NCBI GenBank assembly: GCA_008632985.1
Contig: QPGO01000080.1
Location: 62,001 to 126,000 of the forward strand
Direction: 5' to 3'
DNA from: Psammoneis japonica
Taxonomy: Eukaryota
Length of the DNA: 64,000 nt
Made by a program: the position numbers and the translations under genes
Shown: positions 36,101 through 48,509 of the stretch, piece by piece
How positions within the stretch are numbered: position 1 is the stretch's first letter
How the letters are laid out: each line of letters starts with the position of its first letter
The notes under the pieces: model-generated
Databases searched by the model: none
Told to the model about the DNA's origin: nothing
The model's input: the letters and a program-made list of their open reading frames with translations, nothing else

Positions 36101-36780
36101 ATGTGAGCTGCAGTTGCCAAGAAGCTTTTGGATGGAGCAGCACTACTCATGGCGGCAACCAAAGCAACCAGGCTCGAGAAGCACCTTGTGAGGGCAGCTC
36201 ACATGCCTCAAAATTCAGCTGGACAAGGCCCTCCAAATGAAGGAGGTGCCCAATGGACAGCGCCCTTGGTGCGGTTGATAATTTAGAGCTGATGGCTCCA
36301 GAGCTGAGTGCCCCCAGCTGTCGTGCTGTGTGTTGACCCCTGCCCAACCTCCTGTGCTGTGTTGTGCTGTGCTGTGCTGAAAAAACTTGTGGTGAGCAAC
36401 GAACAAAACAGCAAAGAAAATTTGCACTGCAAACCTGCCACCAACCCATTGTTTGACATTGAAAACAATGCTTCAGATTGTGTGAATGACAAGGAGGACA
36501 TGTGTTTGACCAAGATTCGCTCCATTTTGATGCTCCTTTCTAAAAGATGGGGCCTCAAATGGCCGGTGGGGCGTGTGATCCAGGACAACAAGAGAGCCAC
36601 ACTGTGAATCGCATGCCTTGATTGACTCCAAGGACTCATCAAAAGGAGCTGTGCAATCTGTCAATGAAGAAGGAACTCATTCCTTCCAAACAGCAGCAGG
36701 AGTGTTCCACTCAGGATGATGGGTGATGCTCAGAAACGACCTCCGCTCCGGAACGCTGGGGAGTGCTTTGCTCCCTAATT
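33130..36780 (+). mobile_element. Degenerate TpA/CpG-depleted retroelement remnant with a gag-like segment and a possible LTR end plus PBS near 33320
   Basis: ...GATGACA followed by TTTGGCGGTTCCAGC (PBS-like). Gag-like CPTF..IEVLLHIE..TTG..ELFGHFE..KW at 35036-35473. Composition matches the other repeats. Confidence 0.5.
35213..35267. repeat. (ACTGG)11 microsatellite inside the gag-like remnant
   Basis: Perfect pentamer array, read directly. Confidence 0.95.
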
Positions 36781-37082
36781 GTCACAGTCACTAAAAATGT
36801 CATTCGTGACGTGTACAAGATCGAGCTATTATGCCTCAACTTCACTGGTCATCATGAAACAATTGTGAAGGACTGTGTCATATGTCATCGGCATAAAAAC
36901 TTGTTAAGGGCGGTGCGGTGCGACGAAGACGCAACTTTTTGTCGTAAATGAACATATTACGAAAGAGAAACTTCTTTGCTCCTTGTAATTAACATGGTTA
37001 CTAAAAATGTCATCAGTGACGTGTACAAGATTGAGCTATTATGCCTTCACGTTCACGGGTCATCAATTAAACAATTATGAAG
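36766..37082. repeat. Imperfect ~105-bp direct repeat (36766-36870 and 36974-37082)
   Basis: Shared core ctaaaaatgtcat..gtgacgtgtacaagat.gagctattatgcct. Confidence 0.8.
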
Positions 37083-37338
37083 TGAACTTCAGAGAATTGA
37101 GGCGACGACGATGATCCTTCCCGTTTTTTGTTGCTGCACGTCGTGGTTGAAAAAAGTGGTTTTGCTCTCGCAAACCACGAAAGGCTACATGAAATGAGAC
37201 ACACAAGTTGACACAAATCAGATCGCACTACTGAATTATGCCAAACTATATTATTCAAGAGAAACCGCGATAGTCTTGGGTGGTAAAAACTCTTGGTTGA
37301 CTTGAGATATCCTTTCAACAGCGAACTGAGGGGCATCC

Positions 37339-37817
37339 CTAATAACCACCCGAGCTGTCGCTTACGCTGTCCGGGCTGTCCTCCATCTTCCTGCGCTGAG
37401 ACTGAAGGACAGAAAGGAAAGAGTGTCAGCGCAATCAACTGTGTAGCACTGCCATTACGAAAAATGCAAAATGCAGAGGATCCAAACTTACGTTATCAAC
37501 TTTAACGTTGAGTTTGCGATCGTCACCACCCGAGCCGTCACCATAACCACCCGAGCTGTCGCTCGCGTCGCCATAACCACCCGAGCCGTCATCCAACTTT
37601 CTCTTTTGAGACTAAAGGACAGAAAGGAAAGAGTGTTAGCGCAATCAATAATTGTGCAACATCACCGGTATGAAAACTGCAACATGCGGCTTACCGTGAG
37701 TTTGCGATCAGGAATCTCTTCAGGGAGCGACTCCTGCTTGCGAAGACCAGGGGCGGTGCGTTCAGCAGAGACACCGAGGGCTAGAAAGGCGGTAATGATA
37801 AGGGACTTGAAGTACAT
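37339..37817 (-). CDS. Small secreted silacidin-like acidic peptide precursor, 101 aa, 3 exons (37695-37817, 37492-37611, 37339-37401); absent from the ORF track
   Basis: Phase-0 GTAAG...AG introns of 83 and 90 nt. Product: MYFKSLIITAFLALGVSAERTAPGLRKQESLPEEIPDRKLT-SQKRKLDDGSGGYGDASDSSGGYGDGSGGDDRKLNVKVDN-SQRRKMEDSPDSVSDSSGGY*. Confidence 0.85.
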
Positions 37818-38327
37818 CGTTGCTTCGTAGAGAGTACGACTGCAAAGTATCTTTTTTTTTTCGGCGGTGAGCGAAAAATGAGAAAAGTTGAGAGAAAAAG
37901 GTGAGAGAGAAAGAGATGTAAAAGATACATACGATGAGCTGGATCTTGCACAGGCTCAAACAGAAACTAGGCGGGAAACTCGAAATATATAGTTAATCTA
38001 TGAAAACAAATTTATATTACGAAACGGGAGACACATCAGTGGTAGATACAGTAGTATAAAGATTAAATGAGAATATCTCTTAGAGAAACAGAAGGCGTCC
38101 TACCTAGATTTATTATTTTGAGCCCTTGGTTCAGACCAATTCTTTCGACGTAGAATCAGTAGGACACTACGCGTATCATATTCTGACACCAACTTGAAGT
38201 GGATAGTGACGATGCCAATTTTGATAGATTTGTATCTTTTCGATGCCAGCTGGCCATTCTTCCTCCCGAGCGATCTTTCTTCCTCTCCCCCCATAATTTC
38301 CATTGCAGACTGGTGCAAAGGGGGTTT

Positions 38328-40160
38328 ATGACCATGCGGCTTCTCACCTGCGTCCTCCCTTTTGTTCTTGCTAGCTTGAGCCTTGCAACCGACGATGCGC
38401 AGCCGGACTACATAATTGTTGGTGCCGGGGGAGCTGGTCTTCAGATGGCTCTTTATCTGGAAAAGTTTGGGCTCTCCTACGCGATTCTCGAAAAGGAGTC
38501 GATAGTTGGCTCTCATTTTAATAAGTTTCCCAGATTCGACGAGTTAATCTCGATCAACAAGTGGCATCGCAATGAGTCACAGAGGCTTCGCTACGACTGG
38601 CATACGTTGCTCGAAGCGCCATTTCCCATGTACGACCTTACTCAAGAATACTTCCCCAAGGGCCAAGACTGGCATCGTTACATGACGCTTGTTGCACAGC
38701 AGGCAGGAATCATGCCCAAGATTGAGTTCGGAGTTGAAGTGGAACAAGTCAGTGGTGATGGGTCTCCTTGCCTGGAACTTACTGATGGAAGCAAGCGCTG
38801 CGCCAACAAGAGAATCTTCATCGGAACTGGGTTGGAGCCCCGGAACGAGTATGTTCTCGAAGCGTTGGGAGGAATCCCCTACTCTCAAGTCACCAAGGAC
38901 ATGGCAAAAGGCCGTAGGGTTTGCATTCTGGGTAACGGGAATTCTGCTTTCGAAGTTGCACAGAACCTCTACCCTGTTGCCGACCGCGTTATCCTTTACG
39001 GCAGAAAAGCGGTTCGTCTCTCCTCGGTCACTCGATACACAGGTGACGTTCGGGTCAAGTACTTGCAAGTTCTCGAAAATCTACATATGAAGCTGTTGGA
39101 TACAGTGGACAGCTTTGCGAAACCCCCGGATGCAATCGAAGGACTTGAAGATATTTTGACGCCACAAGAAATTGAGCACTTTGAAATGGCGACACGCGTT
39201 GCCCTCTGGCTCCAATACGGGAAGTGCGAAACCTTTGTCATTGCAACTGGTTTTCAATCACGAGTTCCGGAAGGTCTTACTCTCACTTCAAAATTCCCTG
39301 CATCCAATGATTGGTATCAGTCTCCCGACAACCCATCGGTCCACTACATTGGGTGGCTCATGCACGAACGTGACTTTCAACGAAGTGCGGGAGGTTTCTT
39401 GAGTGGCTTTCGTTATCTCATTCGGAATCTGGCTCATCACGTTCGTCAAGAGGATGCTGGTGTCCCGTATCCAGTCGAAACGCTTACTCGAGAACAAGTG
39501 ATTTCAAAGACTGTGGCTCGCATGCAGACCGCTTCCGATATTTTCATTTTACAAGACGGTGTCGCGATACGGGATGTGATTTGTCCCATCCCGGAACAAC
39601 CGGGACACTATCTCTACTATGAAGGCATTACCCACGACTTTTACCCCGAACTCATGGCTCGCAAGGATGTCATCTCGGTCTACTTTGCGTGGGGCAACGG
39701 TCGCACGGCCAACGCAGTTTTCGACGGATTGATCAAGTACAATGACACCAATCATTTGATAAACGTGCTGCTTCATCCCGTAGTTGAAGTTGGTGGCATG
39801 GTTCGAGGTGTTATGGAAGATGTGGAACTTGAGTGGGTAGGCAACTTTGAAGCTGCCATTTCCAAGACGGTCTCGGAGGCGCTTAGCAATGATCTATCTA
39901 ACTTTTTGCCCAAAGAAATGTATCCCTACGAGAAGACGACGCTAGACCAAGAAGACGAGCCGGACCAATACGAGCGACCGGATCGAGATTACCCTTCTTT
40001 GAAACTAGATGATCCTCTCGCTCAAGCTCTCTGGAAGGCTGTGTATACCCAAGGAAGAGACAAAGAAGTTGAAACGTTGCGCGAACAAGCAAAGCGTTGG
40101 TTGCCATTCTTGCATGATGGAGGTGATTCTGGGTCGATGGAAGCTGAAGTAGAATTGTAA
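38328..40160 (+). CDS. Secretory-pathway FAD-dependent oxidoreductase, FOXRED2/ERFAD-like
   Basis: Signal peptide, then IIVGAGGAG, FPRFDELISINK..LRYDWHTLL, ILGNGNSAFE and SAGGFLSGFRY. Ends in EVEL, a possible ER-retention-like signal. Confidence 0.8.
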   Translation: MTMRLLTCVLPFVLASLSLATDDAQPDYIIVGAGGAGLQMALYLEKFGLSYAILEKESIVGSHFNKFPRFDELISINKWHRNESQRLRYDWHTLLEAPFPMYDLTQEYFPKGQDWHRYMTLVAQQAGIMPKIEFGVEVEQVSGDGSPCLELTDGSKRCANKRIFIGTGLEPRNEYVLEALGGIPYSQVTKDMAKGRRVCILGNGNSAFEVAQNLYPVADRVILYGRKAVRLSSVTRYTGDVRVKYLQVLENLHMKLLDTVDSFAKPPDAIEGLEDILTPQEIEHFEMATRVALWLQYGKCETFVIATGFQSRVPEGLTLTSKFPASNDWYQSPDNPSVHYIGWLMHERDFQRSAGGFLSGFRYLIRNLAHHVRQEDAGVPYPVETLTREQVISKTVARMQTASDIFILQDGVAIRDVICPIPEQPGHYLYYEGITHDFYPELMARKDVISVYFAWGNGRTANAVFDGLIKYNDTNHLINVLLHPVVEVGGMVRGVMEDVELEWVGNFEAAISKTVSEALSNDLSNFLPKEMYPYEKTTLDQEDEPDQYERPDRDYPSLKLDDPLAQALWKAVYTQGRDKEVETLREQAKRWLPFLHDGGDSGSMEAEVEL

Positions 40161-40391
40161 CGTTATGCCTATTACTGACAGTACCACTTGCCGTTCAATG
40201 TCAATAGATCTATTCGACTTTTTTGATAGCTTGTTATCGGACCAAAATCTTTCGCTTGGCGTGCTGCAACAGGCTGCTGGTCTCTTTTCTTGGGGTATTG
40301 GTATCAATACCACAATATGCACATCGACTGTTGCATTTTAATTTGAAGACCCCCTCATCAGAAATGCTTTACGTCCGCATCTACACACCAC

Positions 40392-42107
40392 TCATTCGCC
40401 TTCATTATCCCCTCTCAAATTCTTCAAACTACGCACAGGTAAAAATGTTGGCTGTGGATCGTCCCAGCCATCTGAAAACTCAAATTCTTTTTTCCCGTGA
40501 GTTGCTGTGAAAAATTCCGTAGTAACTGTTTCATTGTTACGTCGGGTATCAACAAAGAGTGCTCTATAGTCCCTGCCATCGTCGTTTCCTTCCCAGTAAT
40601 GTGAGCTGGCAAACAACGCGTGATACCTCAATTGCACATTCTCAAACCTTTGCTCGTCAATCAAAAAATACACATCGGATCCCTCGAATTTGACGTAACC
40701 CTCAGCAACCGTATCGTTCCCGTCGTACTTGTATCGAAGTTTTATAGACGTGCGTTTGCCATTTTCAATGCCGTCCAGTCGCTGTCGAATAAAGGAAAAC
40801 CGGTTTTCCTCTGTATACCAGTAGGGAAGATTTCGGTGTTGTGTTCGTAAATAGTCGGTGCAAGTTCTCATGACGGCAAAGTATTGTCCCGTTCCAATGG
40901 GATAGTCTGGACTTTCGTTCCGAACCATGATGCCAGCCTTGGCAAATTCATGACAGTGTGAATTGACAAGACTCACGTGGCTGGTATACTCGACCCATTC
41001 ATCCACCGTGTCGTCTCGAATGGCGGCGACATTGAAATCGTCAAACCGTCCCCACGTATCACCCGTATCGGCCGTCATGAACATTATATCTCCTTCATTT
41101 GGACGCAAAAGATTAACATTCACCGACTGGTTCAAGGCCAAAAAGGGGTATCCATAAGCATTGTGAGTTTTGCTAAAGGTGTCGCGGTGATAATTGATTT
41201 TGTCGGTTGTAATGTGATGAAACTTGTTTTGAATGGCATTGTCCCATTTTTCCTTGCTGTTAATGTCGGAAAGATCATAGATTCGACCAACATAACCCGC
41301 CTCTTGAATGGCTGGTCCCAGGAAATCAAAGGTTGAAGCTTGATTGTAAAAGACATGGTAGGTTTTTTTGCCAATATCTCGAGCGCTTTCCACGGATCGG
41401 GGAGCCACAAAGGCACTACGAATCATGCAAGCGGCGTCCGACATGCAGTACGAATCCGTTCCAGAGGCAATCACCCATATAAATTTGCCACGCAACTCTT
41501 CCAAATCGGGCCATCCATTTGCATCAATCCCCGCCTTGATGGTTGTTTTGCCAGCAGCCGCATCGCTTGGAGTCCAGAGCGGCAATTGTTCAATCGTGTC
41601 ATCAAAGTCCCGAGCCGTGTGCCTCGCACCAAGGTCCGCCTTGAAATCGACCCAAATGGTCACCACGTGGTGATTGGGCATGATTGTATGAAACTCTTGC
41701 AGAGTTTTCACGCCATCGTCCAGTGTTTGCAAGCTGCTATACGTTCGAAAGAACCCGCTGTCATGATAAATACCAAACTTGCCCGGAGCTGCGGCAGGGT
41801 GACAATCATACTCGATACTGCGTTGTGCATGGTAAATCAATTGGTCCATGATGCCTTCACGGCGTTCATAAGAATTGTGCGAACTCTTCATTTGTACCTC
41901 ATTGTACTTTAGAGCCAGAGATTTATCAAGCGACAAAAACAAGAGGAGGAAGAGTGGAAGAGCAAAGCCGAGAAAAGCCACATTATTATTGTTACTGATG
42001 CTCCCATTGATCATTTTGCACTTCAATAGCATGCACAGGAGACAGGAGCGTTGCTGCAAGGGAAAGATGAAAGATCGCATCAATCGATCACGGATATAGT
42101 TTCGCAC
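40392..42107 (-). CDS. PLC-like phosphodiesterase (PI-PLC-like) with a C-terminal beta-sandwich (DUF1349/ConA-like) domain; probably secreted
   Basis: Hydrophobic leader, then KSSHNSY, RSIEYDCH, IYH and GWPDLEELRGKFIWV. C-terminal GDTWGRFDDF..AKAGIMVR. The true start is probably downstream of 42107. Confidence 0.65.
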   Translation of the reverse strand: MRNYIRDRLMRSFIFPLQQRSCLLCMLLKCKMINGSISNNNNVAFLGFALPLFLLLFLSLDKSLALKYNEVQMKSSHNSYERREGIMDQLIYHAQRSIEYDCHPAAAPGKFGIYHDSGFFRTYSSLQTLDDGVKTLQEFHTIMPNHHVVTIWVDFKADLGARHTARDFDDTIEQLPLWTPSDAAAGKTTIKAGIDANGWPDLEELRGKFIWVIASGTDSYCMSDAACMIRSAFVAPRSVESARDIGKKTYHVFYNQASTFDFLGPAIQEAGYVGRIYDLSDINSKEKWDNAIQNKFHHITTDKINYHRDTFSKTHNAYGYPFLALNQSVNVNLLRPNEGDIMFMTADTGDTWGRFDDFNVAAIRDDTVDEWVEYTSHVSLVNSHCHEFAKAGIMVRNESPDYPIGTGQYFAVMRTCTDYLRTQHRNLPYWYTEENRFSFIRQRLDGIENGKRTSIKLRYKYDGNDTVAEGYVKFEGSDVYFLIDEQRFENVQLRYHALFASSHYWEGNDDGRDYRALFVDTRRNNETVTTEFFTATHGKKEFEFSDGWDDPQPTFLPVRSLKNLRGDNEGE

Positions 42108-42568
42108 GACCGACCGACCTTCCTGCCTTCCCGCGCGCGCGCCAAAGAAACGGAAGGACTACGTGAGTATCAGAATAGTGTACATTTTCATCTGTAAAGG
42201 CTCATACATATTTTAGTACCTTTCTATTTTCATGAATAATTTATATCACGCCTTGCGCATTTACTAAGTGGTAGGAATCAATACATTTTCTACGTAATGT
42301 ACATTTGTAGCATTTCGGACGTACATACATAGGATGATCCAAGAGCGAGCTCGGAAACCGTCGACTTGTGAAGAAACGGGCAAGACGTGATGGACGTTGC
42401 TTTCACTTCATTCTGCGTCGCGTCGCGTCAGTCGTCACCACCTCTCGTCGGACGCGGGCCGAACGAAAACGAAGACGAAGGCATTGTGATGAAAGTTTCC
42501 TACACCCTTGGCTTTTATTCTCCTTCTACCACGTTGCCTCATTGTCCTTGTTGGCTTCAACTTTAGCC

Positions 42569-43528
42569 ATGCGAAATCACCAAGACAGCCAACAAAAGAC
42601 AGACACCCAAAAGGCAGTTGTTGGAAAGCGCACATCGGTCGGTCCCGTGGAGTTTCACCGTCGCTCGTCATGGATCCCGCTCGATGCAAAAGAGAGACGA
42701 TTCAAATGGCTCGTGTATGATAACAATGGGTCGTACAATGGTTGGTTTGACTGGTTGCCATTGTGGATGAGGGTGGGATACTGGAGTCCCGTGACGGTTG
42801 TGTTTTTAATGTTGTTCTATACAAGCATGTACGTGTACCGACCGAGGCCGCTGTCGTTTGACACGACTGCTACAAATCATGATTGGATCGACAGTGCTAT
42901 TTTTCTGTGGGGCGTGTTTGTGGTTGTGCATGCACGGGTCACCATGGGTTCCATTGCTGGGTTTTTCGTGTCGTATACGGGGTGGAGTTGGATGATTTTG
43001 ACGGCACGAGCAGGTCTTGAGGCTGCATCTCAAGTGTTGGAACCGACTCTTCCAGACCTGGCGCACCATTTGGCTATCTTGGGTTCCTCCTTGCGTTTTC
43101 CTGCCGCAGTGGCAGCTTTTATTACCTTTGTCATTTGGAACTTTTTGCTCTTTCCCCTCTTGTGCTTTTTTGCCATGCCGCCGGGGAAGAAACGAGACGG
43201 TTTTGTCAAGTTCAATTTTAGTTTCTTCATGGTAAATGTTCACATGCTGAATTTACCCATGGCTATCATGAATAATGTTTATGGAAGCAGTGCGCGGCTC
43301 TTTACAAGGTCGGATCTCTACGTGGCATACCTTATTGTGGCAATCTACTCGGCCACGTACCTGTTCATTTTGGACAGACTCGGTGTCCACTTGTATCCCA
43401 TTTTTTGTCCCCGAACAGCCGCCTCAGTCTTGTCGTTTGCAACTGTCCTTGCTCTCTACTACTTCGCCATGATCAAGGGAAATGAATTGATACTCTATCT
43501 CAATCCTCATGTGAGCATTGCAGAATGA
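42569..43528 (+). CDS. Multi-pass membrane protein of unknown function
   Basis: About 7 hydrophobic segments in an intact ORF. Probable start at Met 42569. Confidence 0.7.
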   Translation: MRNHQDSQQKTDTQKAVVGKRTSVGPVEFHRRSSWIPLDAKERRFKWLVYDNNGSYNGWFDWLPLWMRVGYWSPVTVVFLMLFYTSMYVYRPRPLSFDTTATNHDWIDSAIFLWGVFVVVHARVTMGSIAGFFVSYTGWSWMILTARAGLEAASQVLEPTLPDLAHHLAILGSSLRFPAAVAAFITFVIWNFLLFPLLCFFAMPPGKKRDGFVKFNFSFFMVNVHMLNLPMAIMNNVYGSSARLFTRSDLYVAYLIVAIYSATYLFILDRLGVHLYPIFCPRTAASVLSFATVLALYYFAMIKGNELILYLNPHVSIAE

Positions 43529-44217
43529 AACAGCAGGACGCCTTATTGAGTTCTGTGGATTGACATTATTGGGATTTTGATTCTGATGGTTTAGTTTTTG
43601 CTACGTAGCCAATGAATACATTCAGGGCGATTTGACTACTCGCCTGCACCAATAGTTATTCCGCCCACTCTCGCACCTTTCACCGGAATGTACGATGCAA
43701 TATTCAGTTTATGCAAAATGCTCGCCATTGGCACTGCGTCCTCATGCTCTAGAACTACAACGGCGCCTCCTCTCTTTCCACTCAACGACACAGATCGGCC
43801 CAAGATATCAATTACATTTGCCCGGGAATGCGATGTGGTTGACCACAATGTCACCATACTGACGTGGAGTGGCCATTCTCAAACACCAAAAACTTATCGG
43901 AAAATCGCAAAGGATCACCGGCGCCACGACCAGACCACCGTTCAACCGCAAGGGACTGATCGCGTCACCCAGCAGAGCCACCCCGACGATGCAGAATGGC
44001 GCTCAAACACCGCCAGGATTCAAAGTTAAAACGCCATGACTGTGCCATTGCAAGACAAGCGCCTTGTAACATACAGTGAAGTTGCGATTTTGAGAGCGTT
44101 TCCTCGGAAGCTGTCAGTCGCCCCTAGTAAGATCACAGTCTCTTGGCGACCCTTTTCGTTCGACAACTATCCCACGCAATCACAAGTATCTCTGTTATGC
44201 TCAATAAGCGCGTCTGG

Positions 44218-47200
44218 CTAGTCTACCTGTCTCATCCATTCCGATTCCAATGCCTCTTCCGCAGTATGCCGCATCAAAGGATTTACCGTCAACATTCCTC
44301 GAATCAAATCTTTGACTTCTTGAGATGCCGAATCGAAATATTTCGGGTGAAAGGTAAAGGTTCCGTTTCGGGTAAGCTCAGCGAGATGATCTAAATCATC
44401 ATGGTCAAACGGCAGGTAGCCGCCAATCAATAAGAAAAGGATCACACCGACACTCCACATGTCGCAGCTCACGTCGTACGACGGGAAACGCTCAAGGATT
44501 TCCGGCGCAATATAACCTGGTGTTCCGCAGCACGTATGGCACGAATTGGGTGCTGATAGCTTCTTGGCAAAACCAAAGCTGGCAAGCTTCAGAGTCGTGT
44601 CATCGTCACGGCTGACCAACAAGAGATTCTCAGGCTTGAGGTCTCTGTGACAAAGTCTTCGACTGTGCATATAGCTCAAAGCGTTTAGTATGCAACGACA
44701 CGCATTGCGGGCTTCCTTTTCTGAATACTTAATTTTCTCAACGATTCGATCAAACAAGTCGCCGCCTTGCAACAACTCCGTCACCAACAATGTTTTGGGG
44801 CCCTCCTCATAAACTTCAAAGAGCTGCACAATGTTGGGACCATCTCGCAACAATGTCAAAATTTTAATTTCGTCCTCCCACGCATCTCTTTCATTCAAAA
44901 GCTTTTTCTCTCGATCAATCTTCTTGACAGCGTAGTCTATCTTGGAATCTACATGAGTCGCGACACACACAGAAGCAAAGGCGCCACAACCAAGCTGCAA
45001 AAATAGTCGTAACACAGACGTCAGTCGCATGAGTGGCCATTAATAATGACAATAGAGACGCATGTTCTGCTCGACTCACCTGTTTTCCTTCATGGTAGAC
45101 CTCGTCATACCTTAGCTGAATTGTCCGCACCGAAGCCTCGAGACGAGGATCAATGGATTTGAGAGGGTCTTTAGTGCGCAACAGACGAGGCGAGAAGTGT
45201 TCCAACTCTTTAGCATCGTCAAAAGCATCTTCTTCTTCTTTTTCCGCCTCTTTGATCCAAGAAGCATAATTGGGTCGGTAAGTATTCTGGGATCCGTTGC
45301 ACGTTATCTCTTCCCATGATGTCTGCCGGGGTTTCGGCACAACGACTGCTGAGAAGTGTCCCAACTCTTTAGCGTCGTCAAAAGCATCATCTTCTTCTTC
45401 CTCCTCCTCCTCCTCCTCTGTGAGCCGTGAAGCATAATTGGTCGGTAAGCATTCTGGGGTCCGTTGCACGTAATCTCTTCCCATGCCCTCTGCCGGGGTT
45501 TCGGCACAACGACTGCTGTTTTTGTCGTTTTTGGTATGTAGGGTGCTTGATAATGAATACTCGCCCTTCCGCCCCGTCTCTCTTCAGACCCACCGCTTGC
45601 TTCGTGAATTTGACTGTGGGGAAATCTCGGTTCGGGAATCGCAGCGGATGATCCCTTTCTACCAGGAGGAGTATCATAGCTCTTGAGAGTATTAGGAGAC
45701 TTAGCCTCGTTTGCATTCCGTCTCATTTCGACGCGTCCATCATCAGGTGGCTCACGACGATGTGAAGGAGTTGGAGGTGATGTCTCCGCCGGTGATTCGA
45801 ATGCACTCTCCCCCATTTCGTCACTTGTAGCTGGCAAATTAGACCCAATAACGATATTCATTTCGTCGTCAGCAGCACACCCATCCAGTGGTAATTGGAG
45901 CCCAGAAATGGGCGTACTGTCATCACTACCTGCCCGTGCTCTAGGAAACTCGCCTCCGCATGTAAACGCAAAGGCACCCGCTGCCACGTCATTGGCCGAC
46001 GATGTACTTGGAGTAACAGTTGAGCCTTGTTCATTCAGTACTAATGAGTCGTCTTTCTTTCCTTCATCTTGAACATTATGCTGAGGAAATCCGAGAGATG
46101 CTAGACCAGCATCTGCTGGAACAGAAACTTCGCTAGCAAAGGCTGCATCCACCAACTCTTGTTGCGGTATGACTCTTGTTTCGGAAGGGGCGGACGGATC
46201 AACAACGGGGTATTCCAACACAGCAACAAACGAAGTCTTTTCGGAAGCAAGGTTATTTTCCAGTGCAAGTTCCAGCGCCTCTTTCTCCGATTGTATGCCC
46301 GACGGAGGTCTCGCGGATAGAGTAGAACGGTTCGGGTATTTTTGCTTCTCCTCGTACTCAGCAATAGCTGTTCGCGCTGCTAGCTTTCGAGCAACAGAAC
46401 CCTTGAAAACTGCGTCCTCTGAGATTCTCATGCTGACTTCCAAGGGCCCGTCACTTGTATCGCATTTGACAGTTACACCATTGGGCATGATAGCTCCGGA
46501 AGGGAACATTGCAAAGGAGAGATATTTCTCCTTATTGAACATTGGGCGATTGGTTGACGGGAATATCTTGGGTATAATTTCCTGAGGAGAAGTCCGGGCA
46601 TCCTCGATTACGGGGCTCCGGTAGCCAAGCAATGTCTTTTCATTCCTAGATTTCTCGTTACCAGACAGCACAGAAGAAGTTTCCATTTTGTGATTTCCTT
46701 TCTGTTTGCCTCCTCGCTTAGCCCAACGTAAGATACGTATCGGTTTCCGTAAGCGAGAGGACGAAACTTTTGCATCTGGAAAGCTCCACTGAATTGAAAC
46801 GTTCTCTAGTGATGGTTGCAAGGACTGCTTCAGCTGTGCGAGAAGCCCGGCACGCAGTGCATCGCCTGAACTATCCTCTAAAAAGCGAGACGTACCCCGA
46901 CCCGCATGAGACATTCCTGACACAGCGTGACGATTTACTCTTCGTCCGATTCCAATGCTGAATAGACGACAAGCGCGAGGCCATTTCGAGCAATTGTGAT
47001 GGATCAAATTTAACACTTCTCTGTACCCGGAGAAATGCCCATCGGTCAAGACGAAAATTTGTCGCTGGAATCCAGCAAAAAGCGGCTCACTGAAAATGTT
47101 GCGTAGCGTTGAATGAACATCAGAGCCTCCCTTGTTGCTTTTTAATAGCAATGGCATGGACGACACAAACTTCAATGCTTCATCCCGTGTTTCCTCCTTG

Positions 47201-48457
47201 TACAGAATACTGGACTGGAAAAGTCCATGCTTGGCATGGCTTCCAATTACGGCAACATTAAATAAGCAAGACGGTGGGAGCTCTTGTAGAAATAGTGCGA
47301 GGATATCATAAGCCTGCGCCATGTGTAATTCTCCGTCATGCGTGGCGCTAAGTTCAGCAACAAAGATGAGTTCTTGTCGCTGATCGGGGAATTCAATTTG
47401 TGGATAGAAGGTTACAAATCCCGTCATCGAACCGTTGTCAGACATCTCGATGCTAGCTCGAGGTTGGTGGCAATACTCCTCCTTGATGAGGATAACTATA
47501 TTGCGATCCATGATAACACCAGACATATCAATATGTCCAATTTTGCCTTTACTTGTAGCACGAAGTTTTGGAACATGTGTTGGACAAGAAATCGATTGTA
47601 TCGTCGACTGACAAGTGACGTTGGCAGAAATGTCCAACCCAGAGATCTGGAAGGTTGAATTGGAGACCGCAGACGTCTTGGTAGGCTCGTAGTATGCTGC
47701 TGCCGAAGTTGGTAGGATTAACGCAGCTGCATCATCCCTGGCTTCCAGGATTGTCACGTAAGTAACATGGATCTTGATGTACTCACCAGCAGGAAGGTTA
47801 CCAACACTCATTGTAAACACATTTTCACGGTGCGTTTCCAGCAAATTAGCTTGCTTACCAGCTGCTTTTGCCGATTCATATTCCTTCCTGGCCGCTTTCT
47901 TTTCCTTGACGACACCCTTGAGTTTACTTCCATCTTGGTATTCTGCTTCGAATCCACAAACAGCGGCTCCGTCCTGGATAGGAAAGTGGTATATTGCTTC
48001 AATGGCGTTGTCGGAATTATTATGAAAACACTGACTGAGCTTGATCTCCGCCACAAAGTCCACCACATGCGCTGATACTTTTACACCAACAAGAGGCACC
48101 GGTTCTTGTTGCCGTGAGATGGTATCAGGTTTGCCATTTTTATGCGGAAAAAGGCAAAACAGGCCCATGAGCACATTTCGCTTCTGAAAGGTCAAACCTA
48201 GCCTTAGCTCGTGTTGCCTCTCCAGTTCTTCTATACGCCTTGTCTTTTCCTCAACCAGTCGCTTTTGTGCTGATAGCTGCCTTCTCATCATGTCTTCAGA
48301 CTCTTCATCAACACGATATCCTTCGGGAAGCGGAACCTCGTCCTCATCCCCGATAATTATCGTGGTATCGTCATGAGACTCCCCATCTCCAAAACCAGGT
48401 ACGGCCACAGCACCTGGATATATTTCTTCGTTATTATCCTCATCTTGTTGTTGATGC

Positions 48458-48509
<52 letters not shown>

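Noticed and set aside
43636..44029. Possible extra exon downstream of the kinase
   Set aside because: No convincing splice path or homology seen.
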